This document shows positions 38,295 to 47,835 of a DNA stretch of 64,000 nucleotides, one piece after another (position 1 is the stretch's first letter; every line of letters starts with the position of its first letter). Source of the DNA: Planctomycetales bacterium (GTDB lineage: Bacteria; Planctomycetota; Planctomycetia; Pirellulales; Lacipirellulaceae); assembly GCA_020427145.1 (NCBI GenBank), contig JAGQOU010000338.1, positions 1,406 through 65,405 of the forward strand, written 5' to 3'. Made by a program: the position numbers and the translations under genes. The notes beneath the pieces are model-generated. The model saw nothing but the letters and a program-made list of their open reading frames with translations, searched no databases and was not told the origin of the DNA.

Positions 38295-39179
38295 ATGGGC
38301 GCCCGAGGTTTGAGGTCTCCCTGGAGCCTGGTGGTGATAGTCTGCCTCGCCTTTTGCGGTCAGCGGGCGGCCAGCGGCGGGACCGTGCAGGTCGCGCTGT
38401 TCACCGGCTTTAACGCCGGCGCCAACGCCGGCATGGACGTCCTCAATGAATTCCTGGCCGCGTCGGCCGTGAACGACTACACGGGCATGGTCTTCGAGTG
38501 GACGCAGCGGGAAAATGCGTTTGACTGGATTCAACAGCACGCCGAGGAACGAACCACGCTGGTCGTCATCGGCCATAGCTTTGGCGGGAATAGCGCTCTG
38601 CAATTGGCCAACAACTACCTCAAACCTGCGGGGGTCGCGGTCGATCTGACGATTCAAATCGACTCGGTCGAAAACTTCTACACGGGCTGGAACAACGTCT
38701 TGCCGAGCAATGTCGAGGCCGGGATCAACTACTTTCAGCACGCCACCGGATTTCTCGAACCGCAGGGCGAAGACTACGTGCAGGGCGCGCAGAATTATAA
38801 CGTGGAGGTCCTGTTCAACGACACGTCGATCACGCACACCTCGATCGACAACGATCCACGGCTGCACAGCCGCATCGTGCAGGACATCTTGGAAAACCTC
38901 AATCAGCCGACGGCCGACTTCGATGGCGACGGACTGATCGATGGCGCCGACTTTCTCAAATGGCAACGGGGCGAATCGCCGCGGGGCGGTAGCGCCGACG
39001 ACTTGGCGTTGTGGCAGTCGCAATACGGCGCCGGCGGGCCGGCGTCCGCGTCGGTCGCCGTCCCTGAACCAGCTTCGGCAACACTCGTTGCAATTGTGGT
39101 TGGATTCGCAGCCATCGTTGGTCGCAACCGAGCCAAGATTTACCCGAGGAGGTCGGGGGACTCGTTGGCGCGCCGGTGA
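38295..39179 (+). CDS. Alpha/beta-hydrolase (lipase-like GHSFGG) protein with dockerin-like + PEP-CTERM tail
   Basis: Start placed at the ATG at 38295 (MGARGLRSPWSLVVIVCLAFCGQRAASG signal peptide); the ORF is open in frame back to 37578. Nucleophile elbow VVIGHSFGGNSA. The tail at 38913-39176 reads ADFDGDGLIDGADFLKWQRG...LALWQSQYG...VPEPASATLVAIVVG. Confidence 0.65.
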   Translation: MGARGLRSPWSLVVIVCLAFCGQRAASGGTVQVALFTGFNAGANAGMDVLNEFLAASAVNDYTGMVFEWTQRENAFDWIQQHAEERTTLVVIGHSFGGNSALQLANNYLKPAGVAVDLTIQIDSVENFYTGWNNVLPSNVEAGINYFQHATGFLEPQGEDYVQGAQNYNVEVLFNDTSITHTSIDNDPRLHSRIVQDILENLNQPTADFDGDGLIDGADFLKWQRGESPRGGSADDLALWQSQYGAGGPASASVAVPEPASATLVAIVVGFAAIVGRNRAKIYPRRSGDSLARR

Positions 39180-39185
39180 GATGGC

Positions 39186-42100
39186 TCACTCGTTGCCGCT
39201 GATCATGCCGTCGGCGGGGCCGCTATTGCGTCTGGCGACCCACGATTCGCCGAAGTGCGTCAGCGCCAGGTCGAATGCCGCTCGATGGCGTGTCGCGCCT
39301 GACCGCCGCTGCGCCTCTTCGCGGCGCGGCGTCTGCGGCCGCGGCGACGACTCGCCGGTCAACGACCGGGATAGGCCACGCTCCATTCCGTCTTGATGCG
39401 GCCCATTGAAGACAGCTTCGTCGCGCCAGGCGTCTTGAGCGATTGCGTCGTCGTCCATCAGCAACGCAATCCCGGCAAAGTCGCTCTGCCTGGACGCTTC
39501 AATCGCCTCGGCCGCTTGGTCAGAAAACGCAGCGGCCACCGCGGGCGCCAACGTGGTTCCGAAAGAGGCGCCCCATTGGGCCAGATCGGCGCCATCGACG
39601 TCGCGATCGGCGTCGGCGTCGCCATCGGCCGCCGTGGCGGTAAGCTGTGCGGCGCCAAACCCGCGCTGCCAAATGAGGAAATCGCCGCCATCGACGTCGG
39701 CGTCGCCGTCGAAGTCGCCGGGGACCGCCGGACCTTCGCCGCTCGTGCCGGGCGAACCGCCGCGGTAGTAACTGGCCCGCCAGTTCGCACCGGCGGCGGG
39801 ATCGGCAAAGGGATCGACAATCTCCACCGAATGGCCGCCGCCGTCGGCAACAGCCGGCCATGGAAAACTATCGTCGTAGGTGAAATCCTGGATCGTCTGC
39901 CCCTGGGCCCCAAGCAGGGCAATCCGCTCGCCGCCGTTCGATAGACTCGCCGATCCGTAGCCCTGGGGCGCCAGGTTCACGCCCGCGCCGTAGACTGCGG
40001 CAAAGGCAACCGGGTCCTTGGCCACCACGATCCGCGCACCGGCGGCGAGTTCGATGCCCGCGGGGAAGGAGTAGGGCGTTGACGCAAACTGAGCGATTTG
40101 CACGCCGTCGAGACTCACCGGCTGATTGCTCGGGTTGAGCAATTCGATGAACTCGAGAGACTGCTCGTCCGCCACGCCGGCCTGCGGCGCCGGGTTGTAA
40201 TGGAACTCCACAAGGCGGAGGTTCGAGGCGTCCGCCGGCGCCACGGAGGTAAACTCGGCCTCGTTGGCCGCCGACCAGACGCCGCCGCTAAGCGCACGGG
40301 CCCGCACTTGGACGGCGCCAACGATGTCCACCGGCGTTCCATTGTAAAGTTGCGCGGTCGCCGAGACGGCGCCGCCGATCGCCCGCGGGTCGGAGCCGTC
40401 GGTCGTGTACCAAATCGCCCCGGCCGGCGCCGACATCGTCAAGTCGTAACCCGCCGGCACTTGTCCGCCAAATTGGCTGAAGGTCGGCGCGGTGACGTTT
40501 GAGTAGAGTCCCGCCGAACGCAGCTGATTAAGGAAGATGGATTGGCGGTTGTTGAGGAAACCCAGCACGTTGCCGATTTCGTTGATCCATTGAGTCTCGA
40601 CGAGAGGCGTGCTGTAGTGCATATCGCCCCAACGCGCCGATTCGGCAACGATCGCCTCGGCAATTTCATCGGTAATGTCCAGATAGCGAGCCACGGACTT
40701 GGCGGTCGAGAGCGGACCATCGTTGAAGAACGCCCGATGCACGCGGTCGGCAAAGGCGATGCGGAATTCCTCGCTCGACTTCAAACTCGAATAGGGGATG
40801 GCCGCCCCCTCGGACACGCCAGTTCGATTGGTCGTGACGCTGGACCCGAGCCCCAAGGCGGTTTCCGTGTCCCAACTGATGAATTTGAAGCCCGTGCTGT
40901 CGGGGACGTTCTCCCGCACGGCCCACCAGTTGCGATGCGGCCAATCGACGTTGCCCATGTAGAAATTGAGCATCAAGTAGTCGATGTAGTTGGTCGCGTC
41001 GAGGTACGTGGCCAAGGCGGGATTGTCCGACCCGTCGGGATTGAGCCCCAGTACCTGCATGTAGGCCGCCGTCTTGGCCGATTGCGACGACGCCGAACCG
41101 ACCGCGTGCGACAGCGAAACCAGCGTGTTCCAGGCGTCCATCGTGCCGCTGTTGATGGCGCCCGAATTGATGGCGTCCCAGTCGTCCTTGGCGCCGCCGA
41201 AATAGCTGGCCGCGAACGAGTCGTCCGGCCGCTCGACTGGCGTGTAGAGCCCCCAATAGACGCCGTTGATATAAAGATGCACTCGCGAATGATGCGACGA
41301 AGGCTGGCCCAGGGCCAGTTGCGACTCGTTGCCAAACGCGTTGCGGGCGTACTGGGCCTTAGCGCCCGCGGCGTCCCACGCGTAGCCGTCGTTCGAATCC
41401 ATGCGGAGCACAATCGTGTCGAACGACGACGCGGCGTCGTTGCCGAATAGCGGGAAGTCGAGCTTGGTATTGCCCTCGTAAATCCCCTTGAACACCAACC
41501 GCATCGAATGCTTCTTGCTGAGCGAGTCGTTGCGAAAAGCGCCGCCGTGCATGCGAACGCCGGCGTCGATCTGGAACTCTTCTCCTGTCGCCGGGTCGAT
41601 GTACTCGACGCTCACAGCGCGCTCCCAGGCGCTGCCGCTGGCGGTTGAGTTGGTGTAGATGCCGGTGGGGCCGAACAGATCGTCGACGTCCATCACCAAC
41701 GACATCGTGGGAATGGCTTGGAGATCGTCCTTGATCGTCGCCGCGTAAATGCCGCCGTACTTGTCGCCGCCAATCGAGACGCCGGACGAGTTGAAGTTGC
41801 CAATGACGTCAGGGTCGAGACCGTAGTCGGCGCTGAAGGGCCCCCAGTTCGCGGGGAAGCCTTTATTGAGCGTGTTCAGATAGGTCTGCTGGACAATGTC
41901 GTCGACGAAAAAGTACGAGCTCGTCGCGGGCGACGACGGCAGGTAGCCGTCGTGGAACGCTTGCACGCGAATGGTCGTCGTGGCCGAGACAGTGATCGGC
42001 GCCGAGTAGAGCGAACCGTTGGTCGGCGAAGGCGCCGAGCCGTCGGTCGTGTAGTAGACGTCCCCCGGCGATACGCCGCTGTCAATGCTCAACTGGAAGG

Positions 42101-43805
42101 GCGCTGAGTAGAACCCATGGGGAACGCTCAACGTCGGCGTCGCAACAATGCCCGCATAACCCTCGCTGTTCGGCGCGCCGGGCGTGGGATTGGGCATGTA
42201 TTCCAGCGCCAACGTGTCGTCGACGAGCTCCGTCGCCGTCAGCCGAGGAACGGACAGCAGGTCGGAACTGACGTCGGTGATGTTCAGAGCGTGAATCGCG
42301 AGCACGTTCGTGCCCGCAACTAGGCTGTTCAGGTACGGCGTCAGGTTAAACTTCTGCGGCTGGACGGCCAAATTGTCGTCCCGATTCTCGGTGGCGTGCG
42401 ATTGATAATTCGGCAAGGCAGGCGCGGCCGCCGACGCGACGCGCACGCCGTTGAGATAGGCGACGAAGCCGTCGTCGTACTGCATATCGAGGGTCAGGGA
42501 ACCCAGCGCCGCGGGATCTGCGACGTCGAAATCGATTCGCTGGTAGACGCTGGTGGGATTCGAGTTCCACTGAGACGCGACGTTCAGGTCCACCAGTGGA
42601 GTAAAGTCGACGGCCCCGTTGGTGAGCAATTCGAATTCCGCGACCTGAATCGCAACGGGTTGGTTTTGCCCCGTGACCCCGAACTCCGTTTGCAGGTCAA
42701 ACCGGTAGTACTCGTAGGCGACGTAGTTCTCGAATTCATAGAGTCGCGTTTCAAACCGACCGGCAAAATTTTGCGCCGTGCGCGTGTCGATGACCGTGTA
42801 GTTGTTGCCGTCGTTCGAGCCGCTCAACGTCCAGGAATAGGGATCGCGATCCTCCGCGTCGTTGGCCGACGTGATGGTGTAAGCGCTAACGACTTGCTTG
42901 ACATTGTCGTCGAATTGAAACTCGTAGTAGGTGCCGGCGGGCATAAAGGCCAGCCACTTAGTAGCGGTGGAATTGTCGAGCGCCTTGTCTGGCTCTTCAT
43001 TGGTGGGCGACCCGGGAAAACCGCCGGCCGAGATTGTGCCGTTGACGACGCCATTCTCCTCAGGATCCGTGAAGTCGCCGCCAATCAGCCCTTCGGACAG
43101 TAGCGTGCCGTTGGGGATATTGGGCGGCGGGGCGTTGCCGACGTCGTAGCCCAGCCCCGAACCGCTGGAGGTCAACCAGCCGGCGTCATTAAACGAATTT
43201 AACGTCCATGCCGGCGGCACGCCAACCGACGGCGCATCGAGCGCGCCGTTGACGGGCAACAAGGCCGTCATTGGCGAGGCGGGGCCGACAAGCTCCAGCG
43301 CATTGACGTTCTCGTTGACGCCGTAGGAAACGTCGGTGCGCTGCGCCGGGTACTCGGGCGCAAATTCGTGAACTACGGTGTTCGCCGCATCCGTCAACGC
43401 GAGATACTCGCCGTCGGCGCTCAGACCGAAGTTTGCGTGCAGGCGGCCGTCGGCATCGACGTAGTCGTCAGTCGGCTGCCCCGAGGCGAACACGACCAGA
43501 TAACCGCCCGGTTCAAGGACCGTCTGGGGCGCTGCGGGAAACGTCCACTTCGCCGGACTCTGCTCGTCGTCAGTGAGGTGCCAGCCGGCCAGATCCACCG
43601 TCGCGGTCGTGGGATTGTAGATCTCGATCCAATCGGACGACTCGCCGTCTCCGTCGAAGAGCGTCGTGCTATTGGACGCCATGAACTCGCTAATCAACGG
43701 ACTTGCGCTGAGCAGATGGCGGTGCTCTAAGATCTCAAGCGAAAGCACTCGACGGCCAGGCGAAGGGTAACGCGTATCGGAGCGAGATGGCATAGGTGCG
43801 AACAC
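39186..43805 (-). CDS. Giant exoprotein: LTD - F5/8 type C - CHB_HEX_C-like - CotH kinase-like - CHB_HEX_C-like - LTD - double dockerin-like repeat
   Basis: 1539 aa. GTG start (the ATG at 43793 is the alternative). N-terminal GRRVLSLEILEHRHLLSA motif. Lamin-tail-like segments (ISEFMASN...DWIEIYNP...L.GW.L; later LVEFHYNP...EFIELLNP). Discoidin block at about 42624-43034. CotH-like blocks (HSMRLVFKG, VHLYINGVYWGLYTPVERPDD, YIDYLMLNFYMGNVDWPHRNWW, FISWDTE). Dockerin-like pair at 39558-39719. 123-aa acidic tail with no PEP-CTERM. Confidence 0.85.
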   Translation of the reverse strand: MFAPMPSRSDTRYPSPGRRVLSLEILEHRHLLSASPLISEFMASNSTTLFDGDGESSDWIEIYNPTTATVDLAGWHLTDDEQSPAKWTFPAAPQTVLEPGGYLVVFASGQPTDDYVDADGRLHANFGLSADGEYLALTDAANTVVHEFAPEYPAQRTDVSYGVNENVNALELVGPASPMTALLPVNGALDAPSVGVPPAWTLNSFNDAGWLTSSGSGLGYDVGNAPPPNIPNGTLLSEGLIGGDFTDPEENGVVNGTISAGGFPGSPTNEEPDKALDNSTATKWLAFMPAGTYYEFQFDDNVKQVVSAYTITSANDAEDRDPYSWTLSGSNDGNNYTVIDTRTAQNFAGRFETRLYEFENYVAYEYYRFDLQTEFGVTGQNQPVAIQVAEFELLTNGAVDFTPLVDLNVASQWNSNPTSVYQRIDFDVADPAALGSLTLDMQYDDGFVAYLNGVRVASAAAPALPNYQSHATENRDDNLAVQPQKFNLTPYLNSLVAGTNVLAIHALNITDVSSDLLSVPRLTATELVDDTLALEYMPNPTPGAPNSEGYAGIVATPTLSVPHGFYSAPFQLSIDSGVSPGDVYYTTDGSAPSPTNGSLYSAPITVSATTTIRVQAFHDGYLPSSPATSSYFFVDDIVQQTYLNTLNKGFPANWGPFSADYGLDPDVIGNFNSSGVSIGGDKYGGIYAATIKDDLQAIPTMSLVMDVDDLFGPTGIYTNSTASGSAWERAVSVEYIDPATGEEFQIDAGVRMHGGAFRNDSLSKKHSMRLVFKGIYEGNTKLDFPLFGNDAASSFDTIVLRMDSNDGYAWDAAGAKAQYARNAFGNESQLALGQPSSHHSRVHLYINGVYWGLYTPVERPDDSFAASYFGGAKDDWDAINSGAINSGTMDAWNTLVSLSHAVGSASSQSAKTAAYMQVLGLNPDGSDNPALATYLDATNYIDYLMLNFYMGNVDWPHRNWWAVRENVPDSTGFKFISWDTETALGLGSSVTTNRTGVSEGAAIPYSSLKSSEEFRIAFADRVHRAFFNDGPLSTAKSVARYLDITDEIAEAIVAESARWGDMHYSTPLVETQWINEIGNVLGFLNNRQSIFLNQLRSAGLYSNVTAPTFSQFGGQVPAGYDLTMSAPAGAIWYTTDGSDPRAIGGAVSATAQLYNGTPVDIVGAVQVRARALSGGVWSAANEAEFTSVAPADASNLRLVEFHYNPAPQAGVADEQSLEFIELLNPSNQPVSLDGVQIAQFASTPYSFPAGIELAAGARIVVAKDPVAFAAVYGAGVNLAPQGYGSASLSNGGERIALLGAQGQTIQDFTYDDSFPWPAVADGGGHSVEIVDPFADPAAGANWRASYYRGGSPGTSGEGPAVPGDFDGDADVDGGDFLIWQRGFGAAQLTATAADGDADADRDVDGADLAQWGASFGTTLAPAVAAAFSDQAAEAIEASRQSDFAGIALLMDDDAIAQDAWRDEAVFNGPHQDGMERGLSRSLTGESSPRPQTPRREEAQRRSGATRHRAAFDLALTHFGESWVARRNSGPADGMISGNE

Positions 43806-44166
43806 GGATGAGACTGCAAAGGAGACAGGCCCCGGCGAGCGGCGCCGGTGGCGCGCGCCGGTCTGCGAGCAACGACGCCGACGCCCTGGCTTGCGCGACT
43901 CCCGGCGTCAAACGGCATTTATCAACCGGGGAGACGAATCACAGCGTCGGCAACGGCGATTTGGAGGACGACCGTCCGCCAAACGACGCCCGCAAAACAA
44001 CGTTTGCCGACTCTGCAGTTGGGAAAAAACTCCGCGGTCGACGTCACGCTGGTCTAGAAAAGCGCCCCAGCGACGAACCGCGTCTTTCAGCGTGATCCCT
44101 TCCGCCGGGCAATGCAAGTCACTGGCGCCGCAACTTGTTTCGCCGAAGCCGTTGAGCGACCACGAC

Positions 44167-45687
44167 CTAATTTGTCATTTCGCCGATCGGCGCGTCGCGG
44201 CCTCCCGAGGCGTCAAAAATCGTCACGCGGATGTCGTCGAAATCCTCATCGATGCCGGACCCGTAGGAATCTTCCATGCCGATGACCACGCACCCCTGTT
44301 GTTCATTGCAAACCTTGATCGCCGACGATTCCCACGTTGAGCCATTCCCAGCAGGCAAGATCGACGTCCTGTGTTCGCCGAACAGCGCCAATTGCAACTC
44401 AACGTCGCCGCGGTTCTCAAGCAGCACGCCGCCGAGATTCGCCGACAGCCCTGTCCCGCGAGTCGCGCTCCACAGAATCTCGCCCGTCTCTTCGTTGGCG
44501 AGAAAGACGCAATTCTCCAATGCTGCCGCGGTGGTCACCCCCAGCACGACCAACTCGCCCGGAGCCAGCCGAAAACGGTGCATTTCCGAGGGTTCCGTCC
44601 GTGGCGTTCCGACGCTCTCCAGCGCGGCGCCGACGACGCGCAAACCTCCCAACGGGCGCCGCTCGTCGCGACTTCGCGATTCGATATGCAGCATGACGGA
44701 AATGTCGTCGTAGTCACCGTCAGCCGGGACGCTATGCGGCCGGACGTACGACTCAATACCCCCATCGTCACAGCCCAGCAGAACCACATCCGGCTCGTCA
44801 ATCACGACCTTCATGTCGCTGATTCGCCACCGCAAATCATCCATGTCGCTGAGCGAATCCGGATCCACGACTTGATGAATGCCGGTGAGCAGATAGTACT
44901 TCGGCATCGCGGAATCGTTGGAGGCCGACCAGGTGCCCAGCAGGCCATACTGGCGAGTCGTTCGCAGATAGCCGCTGCCATCCCGAATATAGTTGTTGAA
45001 CGAAACGCTCCGGCGAATCGGCATGCCCCGGGCATCGAGTTCGGTAATGGAAAAGTTGTTTTCCGACCTCGCATCGGCGGTGATGACCACGTCGGCCGTC
45101 TCGCCTGGCTTCAGTTCAAGCAGGTAAGCATTCACGGTCGCCCCGGTACTCAACTGCAAGGCGACGCGGCCCGGGCGCACCTCAGCCGCCACGAGATCGT
45201 TCTCAATGGAGTTCGCGAAGTAGGGTCCCGTCCACTTCACGTGCGTCACCTGCGGAATCCGCCACATCTCGCTGGGTTCGGCCGCAGCGGGCGGTTTCTC
45301 TGCAACGACGGCATGCGCCGACGCACCGTCGGGGCCTGCTCCGCGCCACAGGGGCGCGGCCGCCAAGAGCCCGATCAACCCTGCCGCCGTCGCCGCGCCA
45401 ATCCCCCATCTGCGACGAGAGGACCGGCGATCGCTCACGGGCTCGGCAAAGCCATTGGACGGAACCAACAGTTGGCTTGAATCCGCAGAGACGCTGGCGC
45501 CTAGCAACGTCTGGCATTCAATCCCCAACAGGACGTGCGTGTCCATCCATTGCCAGTAGTGGTCCTGCAATTCGGGATTGTCGAGCAAAATCTGTTCGAG
45601 CTCGCCCACCAATGACTGGCTGGAGCCCTCGTCGGCTAGCTGCGACAACAGCGTTTCGAGTTGGCGTATGTCTGCCCGCGTTATCAT
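44167..45687 (-). CDS. Single-pass anti-sigma-like protein with a large extracytoplasmic domain
   Basis: 506 aa, 56 nt downstream of the ECF sigma gene. N-terminal helical region (DIRQLETLLSQLADE...LLDNPELQDHYWQWMDTHVLL) is typical of planctomycete anti-sigma partners. TM segment at IGAATAAGLIGLLAAAPLW. The C-terminal ~390 aa contain two D-x-DYDDI / DEDFDDIRV acidic motifs. Confidence 0.7.
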   Translation of the reverse strand: MITRADIRQLETLLSQLADEGSSQSLVGELEQILLDNPELQDHYWQWMDTHVLLGIECQTLLGASVSADSSQLLVPSNGFAEPVSDRRSSRRRWGIGAATAAGLIGLLAAAPLWRGAGPDGASAHAVVAEKPPAAAEPSEMWRIPQVTHVKWTGPYFANSIENDLVAAEVRPGRVALQLSTGATVNAYLLELKPGETADVVITADARSENNFSITELDARGMPIRRSVSFNNYIRDGSGYLRTTRQYGLLGTWSASNDSAMPKYYLLTGIHQVVDPDSLSDMDDLRWRISDMKVVIDEPDVVLLGCDDGGIESYVRPHSVPADGDYDDISVMLHIESRSRDERRPLGGLRVVGAALESVGTPRTEPSEMHRFRLAPGELVVLGVTTAAALENCVFLANEETGEILWSATRGTGLSANLGGVLLENRGDVELQLALFGEHRTSILPAGNGSTWESSAIKVCNEQQGCVVIGMEDSYGSGIDEDFDDIRVTIFDASGGRDAPIGEMTN

Positions 45688-45743
45688 ATGGTTACGTCGT
45701 TTGCAAAAAGTCCTTGCCTAAATCCTCTTGTCGCATACCCGTT

Positions 45744-46376
45744 TTACGAAGAATACGATCCCTCGCTTCCGAGCGAGAGGCGACGCTCAATGCACCGGCG
45801 CAGCGATTTTCGTATCCGAAACAGGCACGATTTGACCGCAGCGGGCGTCTTTTGGGTCTGCTCCGCAATCTCGCAAATGGCGCTGTTGGAAAAATAGCGG
45901 TGGACCAGCATCTTCTTGTCGCCTTCGTTGAGCGACTGGACGCAAACCCGCAACGCACGCCGCGAGGGTTCGATGTCTTTTGAGGCAATCGGCCGCTGGA
46001 CCAGCTGCGACACCAACTCGCTGCTGAAGACGTGTCGATCGCGTCCCCGGTCTCGGAGCCACGCTTTTACCTGCCAGAGCGCCACGGAGCGCGCCCAAGC
46101 GTCAAAACTGGTTCCCGGACGAAACTCTTCGGCCTTTCTCCAGAGGACGATATTTGCCTCCTGGAGAATATTACCGGCGTCGTTCGGGTCTCCTACAAGT
46201 CCGCAAATGTATCGAAACAGCCCCACCTGGGCGCCCGTCAACAGGCGAACAAACTCATCGCTGGAGCCCCCCCGAGGGCTCTCCTCCGGAAATCGATCAG
46301 GTCCAAACGGTTCGGGTGGGAGTCGTGAGGCCATGGACATGAGCTCGATGGCTTGAGCGGACGAGTCGCGACGCAA
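45744..46376 (-). CDS. ECF-type RNA polymerase sigma-70 family factor
   Basis: 210 aa. Region 2 (LFRYICGLVGDPNDAGNILQEANIVLWRKAEEF....F.AWA..VA). Region 4 (ICEIAEQTQKTPAAVKSCLFRIRKSLRRCI). Several possible starts. Confidence 0.85.
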   Translation of the reverse strand: MRRDSSAQAIELMSMASRLPPEPFGPDRFPEESPRGGSSDEFVRLLTGAQVGLFRYICGLVGDPNDAGNILQEANIVLWRKAEEFRPGTSFDAWARSVALWQVKAWLRDRGRDRHVFSSELVSQLVQRPIASKDIEPSRRALRVCVQSLNEGDKKMLVHRYFSNSAICEIAEQTQKTPAAVKSCLFRIRKSLRRCIERRLSLGSEGSYSS

Positions 46377-47835
46377 TCGGCCGAAAACGAGAATCCGGCC
46401 AGATTCTTACCGCCGAACGATACCAGTCCGCAGGACGAAGGCAACCCAGCCCAGCCACCTGGGCAGCCCCTGGCGCGCGGCTCGCCTTGCGAAGCACGAA
46501 ATCACACAATCATCTTATTTGACAAGAGGTTGCGACAATTGGCGCCCAGCCTCCTCCCGCCATTGGCACACTGCCTGCGGCGGATCTCTCACGCCAAATG
46601 AACCATTCTCAGCTGGACCAATCGCAGCCCTCTCCGAATAGAAATACCACGGTAGACCGCAGGGTTGCAAAAAAACCGCGTGGACGGGCTAGCCCGACGC
46701 CGCCCAGCCGCTCGCCAACGGCCTCCATGCAGTTCCGAACTGGCGAAAGGCTCGCGGCTTGCCGCACATACTCCATCCACGCCCGCCACACGCTGGACCG
46801 ACTTGACAAATCTGCCACCAATTTCGATCTCTCGCAGGCCTCCCGCCTAAGCGATTTGCCCGCTGGTCCAGGATTGACCATTCCAACGAAGGCGTTTCCC
46901 AGCGCCCAGCTCGACGCAAGTTGTTTATCACAATCGGATTTCGGACGAGGTACGACCCTCCTCTGCTCCGGCTACGAGGCCGACATGCGGATTACCGCAT
47001 TCGCAAATCAACGGCGCATCTTGCCGCCGCCTGACAGTTTGCGAGTAAAACTCTCAAAAAAAACGAGATCATCGGCAACCTCGCGCCACCGACTGGTATT
47101 TCCTTCTACAGGGCAAATCGGCGTCGACGAAGTGGCGAAGCATTCTCGTCTTCCTGCCAAAGTGTATTCGCGGTTCGCATGACCGCCGATTTTCCCGCCA
47201 TGTCGTCTACGACCCCAGGGCAGCAGGGTCGTGAGAGCCGTTTACGCCGCAGCGTCGGCATGAGGTCACTCCAGCATGGGGGCCAATGTTGCCTAGTTTT
47301 TGACACGAAGAGGGCGTCGAGCTTGTCGCTTGGCAGCGGGGCGCCCGGCAGGTCGGATATGAGGCTATCCGACCGTTTGCCGAAGCGAAGCTGCGGTTAA
47401 TCGCCGCAAATGAGTTCTGGAATAGAGTAGCGGCAGGGTTACGACATAGTTTTGTTCGCTCGCGCGGGCAAGTTCGGTGGCCAAGGCAATTTGTAGGCCT
47501 TGGCTACCAAGCCGGCAGCGAGCGACGATTTTGGTCGCGCGCCGCGGGCAGACACTCCCGCGACGGGCGGATCGACCGAGAAGCTGCGTTGGTCATGCGG
47601 GGGCAAGCGACCGGCGCTCGCTTCTCGGTCGTCCGCTTCGTCGCTGAGCGCGATCGCAGAATTTGAGGGCGCACGTCAAGAGAATGGCGTTGCGCACAGT
47701 GGCAATCACCCCGAATTGAGACCGCCGTGAACATGGTCCGGGCGGGAGATTGCGTTGTGGAAGTCGTTCAAATCGTACGCAGTGCAACCGAGAACCAGAC
47801 TGAACAGCTCATCGCTTTTAGGAGATTTGATTGCC

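Noticed and set aside
43998-44024. Candidate ECF-type promoter (minus strand CCCAAC-N15-CGTTG) upstream of the CotH giant
   Set aside because: It is only a loose match to the generic AAC...CGT pattern, and the spacing is shorter than the usual 16-17 nt. No second copy lies upstream of the sigma gene to support autoregulation. It is mentioned only as a place to look.
46598-47182. 194-aa ORF (and several 60-90 aa ORFs) inside the 1.46 kb gene-free region
   Set aside because: The translations are Ser/Arg/Pro/Thr-rich without hydrophobic periodicity. There is no Shine-Dalgarno and no recognisable motif. The region is retained as a finding but no CDS is called.
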